A stretch of DNA of 64,000 nt from an uncultured Hyphomonas sp. GTDB lineage: Bacteria; Pseudomonadota; Alphaproteobacteria; Caulobacterales; Hyphomonadaceae. Each line of letters starts with the position of its first letter. Within the stretch, counting starts at the first letter, position 1. The position numbers were made by a program, and so were the translations under genes. Positions 58,520 through 64,000 of this stretch are shown here, one piece after another. The stretch lies in NCBI GenBank assembly GCA_963677035.1, contig OY781472.1, positions 2,879,658 through 2,943,657 on the forward strand. The letters are read 5' to 3'. The notes beneath the pieces are model-generated. The model had not been told where the DNA came from, did no database searches, and was given only the letters and a program-made list of their open reading frames with translations.

Positions 58520-61105
58520 TTAGCCTTCGTCAGGCTTTGCAGCCTTTTTGGCCGGTGCCTTCTTCTTCGCAGGGGCCTTTTTCTTGGCAGCTGGTTTCTT
58601 CGCCGGGGCTTTCTTCTTGCCGCCTTTGGCTGCCTTGGCGTTGATCAGCTCGATGGCCTGTTCCAGCGTCACCACATCCGGCGTCACATCCTTGGGCAGA
58701 GTGGCGTTGGTCTTGGCGTGCTTCACATAAGGACCATAGCGGCCTTCATAGACTTCGATCGGTCCGCCGTCCGGGTGTTCGCCCAGCGTTTTCAGCGGCG
58801 TTGCGCCGCCGCGCTTGGAGCCGCGGGCCTTCTTGTCCTCGATCAGCGCCACGGCGCGGTTGAGGCCGATATTGAAGACGTCGGCAGGGTCTTTCAGGTT
58901 CGCATAGGTCTTGAGATGCTGAACGTATGGTCCGAAGCGGCCGAAGTTCGCATAGATCATCTCGCCATCTTCCGGGTGCTGACCGACTTCGCGAGGCAGG
59001 GACAGAAGTTCGACGGCGCGTTCCAGCGTCAGGGTCTGCGGTGTGTCGTTCTTGGTCAGCGAGGAGCGTTTCGGTTTCTCGCCATTGGCCATTTCGACAT
59101 AAGGCCCGAAACGCCCGCTCTTCAGCCAGACGGTTTCGCCCGTTTCCGGGTGCACGCCCAGTTCGTTCCCGTCCGGATCGATGAAGCCGGCGTCTTCGCC
59201 ATCGGAGGAGAACTGGCGGGTATATTTGCAATCGGGATGGCGCGAACATCCGACAAAGGCGCCGAACCGGCCGACCTTGATGGACAGTTCGCCCTCCTTG
59301 CAGAGCGGGCAAAGCCGCGGCTGTTCGATGACATTGCCGTCCGCATCATGGTCGGGGAAAACGTGTGCCGCGAGGGCCTCGTTCAGAGCATCCAGAACGT
59401 GGGTGACCCGCAGGTCCTTGGTCTGGCCGATATCGTCAGCAAACTGAGTCCAGAAGTCGCGCAGGAAGGCTTTCCAGTCGAGCTTGCCATCGGAAATGAT
59501 GTCGAGCTTCTCTTCGAGACCGGCCGTGAAATCATATTCGACGTAGCGCCGGAAGAAATTCTCCAGGAATGCCGTAACGAGCCGTCCCTTGTCTTCCGGA
59601 ACCAGCGCTTTGTTCTCAATGCGCACATATCCGCGGTCTTCCAGCGTCGACAATGTGGACGCATAGGTCGACGGGCGGCCGATGCCGAGCTCTTCCAGGC
59701 GCTTGACCAGCGACGCTTCGGTGTAGCGCGGCGGAGGCGTCGTGAAGTGCTGGGTTGAATCGGCTTTCAGCAGATCTGCATGCTGGCCTTCGGTCATCTT
59801 GGGCAGGCGGTTCTCGTCATCGTCCGAATCGTCGCCGGCATCATGGCCCTCTGTGTAGAGCTTGATGAAGCCGTCAAACACCAGGACCTGCCCGCTGGCG
59901 CGGAGCTGGGCACGCTGGTCTTTCGACAGAAGGTCAATTGTGGTGCGTTCGAAGATGGCAGCTTCCATCTGGGAGGCGACAGCGCGCCGCCAGATCAGCG
60001 TGTAAAGTTTCCGCAGGTCGTCGCCGCCATTGTATTGCTCCGGACGCAGATTGAAGTCGGTCGGGCGGATGGCTTCGTGCGCTTCCTGAGCGTTCTTGGC
60101 CTTGGAGGAGTAGTAGCGGGTCTTTTCTGGCAGGTAGCGAGCGCCATAATTGGTCTGGATCATGGAGCGGGCAGCCACATAGGCTTCCTCTGCCATGTTG
60201 ACGCCATCGGTACGCATATAGGTGATGCGGCCTTCTTCGTAGAGCTTCTGCGCGGCCTGCATGGTGCGCTTGGCCGTGAAGCCCAGCTTGCGCGAGGCTT
60301 CCTGCTGCAGGGTGGACGTAATGAAGGGCGGGGCCGGGTTTCGCTTGACCGGTTTTGCTTCGACAGAGCTGACCGAATAGCCGCCCGTGCGAACCGCTTC
60401 GAGGGCCTTGTCGGCCTCGCCCTTGTCGCCAAGTGTGAACTTCTTGAGTGTCTTGCCGTCCAGCGCGTGGAGGCGCGCCTGGAAGTCTGTCCCGTCTGGC
60501 GCACGTAGGTCCGCCGCCACAGTCCAGTATTCCTGCGGCTTGAACATCTCGATTTCGTTCTCGCGGTCGCAGACGATGCGCAGCGCAACCGACTGCACAC
60601 GGCCAGCCGAACGGGACCCCGGCAGCTTGCGCCATAGCACAGGCGAGAGATTGAACCCGACGAGATAGTCCAGCGCCCGGCGGGCGAGGTAGGCATCGAC
60701 CAGTTCGGCATCGATCTGGCGCGGATGCTCCATGGCGGTGGTGACCGCATTCTTGGTAATGGCGTTGAACACGACGCGCTCGACGGCAACGTCCTTCTTG
60801 AGGGCGCGGCGCTTCTTCAGCGCCTCGATCAGGTGCCAGGAAATAGCCTCTCCTTCACGATCCGGGTCGGTCGCGAGGATCAGCGTGTCTGCTTCTTTCA
60901 ACGCATTGACGATGTCTGTAATGCGCTTGGACGATTTCGAGTCGGCCTCCCAGACCATCTCGAAATCATTATCAGGATCGACGGATCCGTTTTTCGAGGG
61001 AAGGTCCCGAATATGCCCATACGAGGCCAGGACCTTATAGTCCTTGCCGAGGTATTTGTTGATCGTTTTGGCCTTCGCGGGCGACTCGACGACGACAAGT
61101 TTCAT
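58520..61105 (-). CDS. topA: DNA topoisomerase I
   Basis: Toprim start MKLVVVESPAKAKTINKYLG, an active-site Tyr region, one C4 zinc ribbon (CPLC...CSRHPDC) and a Lys/Ala/Pro-rich tail. Confidence 0.97.
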   Translation of the reverse strand: MKLVVVESPAKAKTINKYLGKDYKVLASYGHIRDLPSKNGSVDPDNDFEMVWEADSKSSKRITDIVNALKEADTLILATDPDREGEAISWHLIEALKKRRALKKDVAVERVVFNAITKNAVTTAMEHPRQIDAELVDAYLARRALDYLVGFNLSPVLWRKLPGSRSAGRVQSVALRIVCDRENEIEMFKPQEYWTVAADLRAPDGTDFQARLHALDGKTLKKFTLGDKGEADKALEAVRTGGYSVSSVEAKPVKRNPAPPFITSTLQQEASRKLGFTAKRTMQAAQKLYEEGRITYMRTDGVNMAEEAYVAARSMIQTNYGARYLPEKTRYYSSKAKNAQEAHEAIRPTDFNLRPEQYNGGDDLRKLYTLIWRRAVASQMEAAIFERTTIDLLSKDQRAQLRASGQVLVFDGFIKLYTEGHDAGDDSDDDENRLPKMTEGQHADLLKADSTQHFTTPPPRYTEASLVKRLEELGIGRPSTYASTLSTLEDRGYVRIENKALVPEDKGRLVTAFLENFFRRYVEYDFTAGLEEKLDIISDGKLDWKAFLRDFWTQFADDIGQTKDLRVTHVLDALNEALAAHVFPDHDADGNVIEQPRLCPLCKEGELSIKVGRFGAFVGCSRHPDCKYTRQFSSDGEDAGFIDPDGNELGVHPETGETVWLKSGRFGPYVEMANGEKPKRSSLTKNDTPQTLTLERAVELLSLPREVGQHPEDGEMIYANFGRFGPYVQHLKTYANLKDPADVFNIGLNRAVALIEDKKARGSKRGGATPLKTLGEHPDGGPIEVYEGRYGPYVKHAKTNATLPKDVTPDVVTLEQAIELINAKAAKGGKKKAPAKKPAAKKKAPAKKKAPAKKAAKPDEG

Positions 61106-61173
61106 GTGGGGTACCTCTTCAAGGGCGCGAGTGATGGCCGTGTCGGCGAGGCCATGTCAAGGCTGTATTCTCG

Positions 61174-62295
61174 TCAGCCGTCTTCCCGGTAGGCGATGTA
61201 CGCCAACGTGCAGAACAGGACAAAAAGCGGCGGGCTCCAGGCGGCAACTATAGGCGGCGCTGCACCTGTAGCCCCCAGGCTGGTCGAAAATTGGGTGAAG
61301 AAATAGAGCCCGACGGCGGCCAGAGTGCCGATTGCCAGCAACTGCGATGTTCCGCCCATGCGCTGCAACCGAAGGCAAACGACTGCGCCAATCAGGCCCA
61401 TTGCGACAAACAGGGCAGGCGTCGCCAGCAGGGCATGCCATCGCATGCGGTAGCGTGAGGCGTCGAGGCCTGCAGACTGGGTCTGACTGATGAAACGCGG
61501 CAGACGCCAGAACCCGATCGTGTTGGGGGACGCAAATTTGTCGAACAGCGTCAAGGCGTCCAGCGAGGAGGGAATGGCGAGGTTCGCTTTCCGCTCGGCG
61601 GGCTGGTTCGGAATATTCTCGATCACGTTTTCGAGTTGCCAGAAACCGTCCCGCAGGGTGGCGCGCTGGGCATCGATGCGGCGGGCGAAGGCGAAGTCGC
61701 TTGTCGGCTGGCTACCGGAATAGAGGCGCTCTTCCTCGATCATCTTCACGTCCCGCAACACGACGCCGCCCTGATCGACATGTTTGGCATGGATCACGAT
61801 CTGGCTCGTATCGTCGCCCTGACGCAGCCAGACGCCTGTGTCCGACACGGCCATGGCAGTCCGGCCTTTGTTCAGGATATTGGCGCGCGTGACCTCGAAT
61901 GACTCCGTCAGCCGGGCAGAAATCGGGTTCAGAATGGTCGTGGTGGCGATGCCGACGACCAGGCCCAGCACAATCACAGGTGCCAGGAACCGCCAGGCGG
62001 AGATCCCGCTGGCGCGGATGATGGAGAGTTCCGACCTCCGGTTCAGGCGGGTAAAGGCCATCATGGAGGCGACCAGCAGCGCGAAAGGCAGGGTTTGCTC
62101 CATGATCTGCGGCAGTTTCATCAGCGACAGCTTGAGCGCGCCGAACAGGCTCAGGCTGACATCGCCGCCAACCGTCCGCAGTTGCTCCACTACGTCGATC
62201 ATAAGGATTGCAATGAGCAGGATGCCCAGAACCAACGCCAGGCCGGACAGGCACTGGCGCAGGATATAATACTGGATACGGGATCCGAACGGCAT
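61174..62295 (-). CDS. lptG: LPS export ABC permease LptG
   Basis: YjgP/YjgQ family with 6 TM segments and a periplasmic beta-jellyroll insert. Second of the pair; 1-nt overlap with lptF. Confidence 0.85.
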   Translation of the reverse strand: MPFGSRIQYYILRQCLSGLALVLGILLIAILMIDVVEQLRTVGGDVSLSLFGALKLSLMKLPQIMEQTLPFALLVASMMAFTRLNRRSELSIIRASGISAWRFLAPVIVLGLVVGIATTTILNPISARLTESFEVTRANILNKGRTAMAVSDTGVWLRQGDDTSQIVIHAKHVDQGGVVLRDVKMIEEERLYSGSQPTSDFAFARRIDAQRATLRDGFWQLENVIENIPNQPAERKANLAIPSSLDALTLFDKFASPNTIGFWRLPRFISQTQSAGLDASRYRMRWHALLATPALFVAMGLIGAVVCLRLQRMGGTSQLLAIGTLAAVGLYFFTQFSTSLGATGAAPPIVAAWSPPLFVLFCTLAYIAYREDG

Positions 62296-63437
62296 CAGGC
62301 GTTCGCCCCCCCGGCGCCGCGGAACAGGTCTATTTGCGGTCGATCAGCGTTTCCCAGACGCCGCCCACGCGAGAAATAGACATAGCTGAGACCCGATATG
62401 ATGCTGATTGGCAGGATCCAGAGGAGCGCATTCATGGATGGATCATCCGCTGCGGCTGACTGAGCGGCCAGCTGCACGATCAGCACCATGATCGCGGCAC
62501 CGGACGCGATCGCGATCCGCCGGCCATAGCCCTTACGGCTGAAATCCCCGCCCAGCACGGCGACAATGGCGATGAGGGCCATGACGATGTTCAGCAGCGG
62601 CGAGGCCAGGCGGGTATTTGCTTCTGCCAGCAGTGTGTCGACATCCCGTAATTCGAAGTAATTGGTCCGGTCGACAAAGAAGAGCTCGTGCAGGAACTTG
62701 TCCGACGCTTTCAGCGCGAGCTCGGAATCTTCCTTCATGTATTCACTCAGGTCAAATGGGTATTGGGCGAATTCCAGAATGGAGAGCTGCTGGTTCTCGT
62801 CCAATTGCATGCTGATGGCATCACGCAGCAGCAGGGTGGGTTTACCATCCACTTCCACAAGCGCCGCACTCCGGGCCAGAATGTCAGTGGGAGAGACCGG
62901 ATCGGTCATGTCGGAGATGAGAACGCCCCGAAGCTCGCCGGCCACCTGCTCGCGGGCGTAGAAGGTCAGCCGGTCACCATTGGTGGTAAACTGGCCGGGG
63001 CGGATCAGCGCTGCGGCGAGATCTGCACGTGCCACGGCCACGGTTTCCCGCATCGCCCGCTGGGCCAGCGGCTGGACCCACAGATTCACGCTCAGATGGG
63101 CGATGGCGCAGAGAACAGCCAGCCGCAGGATGGGCGAGGCAATCTGCCAGCGGGTCATGCCAGCGGCCTGCGCGACGACAATCTCGCTGTCCTTGTGGAT
63201 CCGGTTGAGAGACCAGACGCCTGCCACGAACAGGGCCAGCGGTGTCAGAAGCGCAATGATCTGGGGGGATCCCAGCATCACGATATAGAAATAGGTCAGC
63301 GCGGATTGCCGGTTTTCAAGGATCAGGTCTGTCCGCGCAAGACCCTGAGCCAGAAGCGCCAGCAGGGCGAGACCACCGACAATGATCACGACCGCCCGGA
63401 GGACTTCATAGAACAGGTAGGACTGGACTTTCGTCAT
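62295..63437 (-). CDS. lptF: LPS export ABC permease LptF
   Basis: YjgP/YjgQ family. First of the pair and divergent from pepA, as in other alphaproteobacteria. Confidence 0.85.
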   Translation of the reverse strand: MTKVQSYLFYEVLRAVVIIVGGLALLALLAQGLARTDLILENRQSALTYFYIVMLGSPQIIALLTPLALFVAGVWSLNRIHKDSEIVVAQAAGMTRWQIASPILRLAVLCAIAHLSVNLWVQPLAQRAMRETVAVARADLAAALIRPGQFTTNGDRLTFYAREQVAGELRGVLISDMTDPVSPTDILARSAALVEVDGKPTLLLRDAISMQLDENQQLSILEFAQYPFDLSEYMKEDSELALKASDKFLHELFFVDRTNYFELRDVDTLLAEANTRLASPLLNIVMALIAIVAVLGGDFSRKGYGRRIAIASGAAIMVLIVQLAAQSAAADDPSMNALLWILPISIISGLSYVYFSRGRRLGNADRPQIDLFRGAGGANA

Positions 63438-63558
63438 CGTATGTCACGTGCCGGGAAATAAAGCAGAAACTGGCAGTTAACGGGCATATTTTCCCTGCCT
63501 AACGAGTTGCGCTGCGCGCGTCGATGCTTAGTTTCCCTCTCAAACGGAGATTCCTCAC

Positions 63559-64000
63559 ATGAAAATCACCTTCACTGACGCCGCCAAGGCTGACGTATTT
63601 GCATTCATCGTCGATGAAGACGGCGGTCTGCCAGAAGTGGCCGCCTCTCTCGACAAATCAACGGGCGGCTTGCTGTCTGCTGCCATAGATGGCCGGTTCA
63701 CCGGCAAAAAAGACCAGCAGGCTGTTATCGTCCTGCCGAAAGACGCCGAGGCGCGCCGCGCGATTCTGATCGGCGGCGGCAAGCCGAAGAAGCGCGATGC
63801 CCGCGTCCTGGAGGGCCTTGGTGCAAATCTGCTCAAGGCGTTCAGCATGAGCGGTTTCAAATCCATGGCGATCCATGCCGGATCGGCAGACGATGCGGCC
63901 CGGATGGGCATTGGCGCAAAGCTCGCCGCCTACCGGTTCGACAATTATTTCACCAAACTGAAGCCCGACCAGAAGCCGAGTCTGAGCGCCATTTCGTTCG
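63559..64000 (+). CDS. pepA: Leucyl aminopeptidase, 5' part (open at window end)
   Basis: Hand translation MKITFTDAAKADVFAFIVDEDG...ILIGGGK...AYRFDNYFTK matches the PepA N-terminal domain. SD GGAGA at 63546-63550. Not in the track because there is no stop in the window. Confidence 0.85.
   Translation, partial: MKITFTDAAKADVFAFIVDEDGGLPEVAASLDKSTGGLLSAAIDGRFTGKKDQQAVIVLPKDAEARRAILIGGGKPKKRDARVLEGLGANLLKAFSMSGFKSMAIHAGSADDAARMGIGAKLAAYRFDNYFTKLKPDQKPSLSAISF

Overview
GC-rich alphaproteobacterial core-chromosome segment. MipZ, a DivK-PleD operon, a CpaB-F/TadBC pilus core and an alpha-type GTTC-N7-GTTC SOS box point to a Caulobacterales/Hyphomonadaceae-like organism; this is my inference, no search was run. 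I call about 60 protein genes, one tRNA-Lys(UUU) and several terminators and candidate promoters. The L33 gene rpmG is absent from the ORF track because it has fewer than 60 codons. Content is mainly housekeeping: folPBK, pntAA/AB/B, galU, accA, thiL, hppA, katG, rsmA-pdxA-surA-lptD, dprA-plsY-pyrC'-pyrB, ruvX, gatCAB, dinB, rpmG, rnr, topA, lptFG and pepA. I see no transposase, integrase, CRISPR array, prophage or recognisable defence genes, and no compelling novel system. The best second-look candidates are: (1) a very tightly packed five-gene operon, ridA-GDPD-DUF482/FemAB-like-DUF2007-HIT, with no known common pathway; (2) a dihydroorotase-like gene next to pyrB that has lost its metal-binding motifs (PyrC'-type pseudoenzyme); (3) an incomplete tad/cpa core locus with no pilin or peptidase in cis, a lysine-less CpaE Walker A and a miniature CpaD-like lipoprotein; (4) an orphan ORF bracketed by two different nested palindromic elements, with a phased triple repeat; (5) a 25-kb block between lptG and lptD whose gene order looks like a circular permutation of the order I recall from Rhizobiales; (6) gatCAB split by three orphan envelope genes. 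Many ORF-track entries are antisense or out-of-frame artefacts of high GC, and several true genes start downstream of the longest-ORF start.
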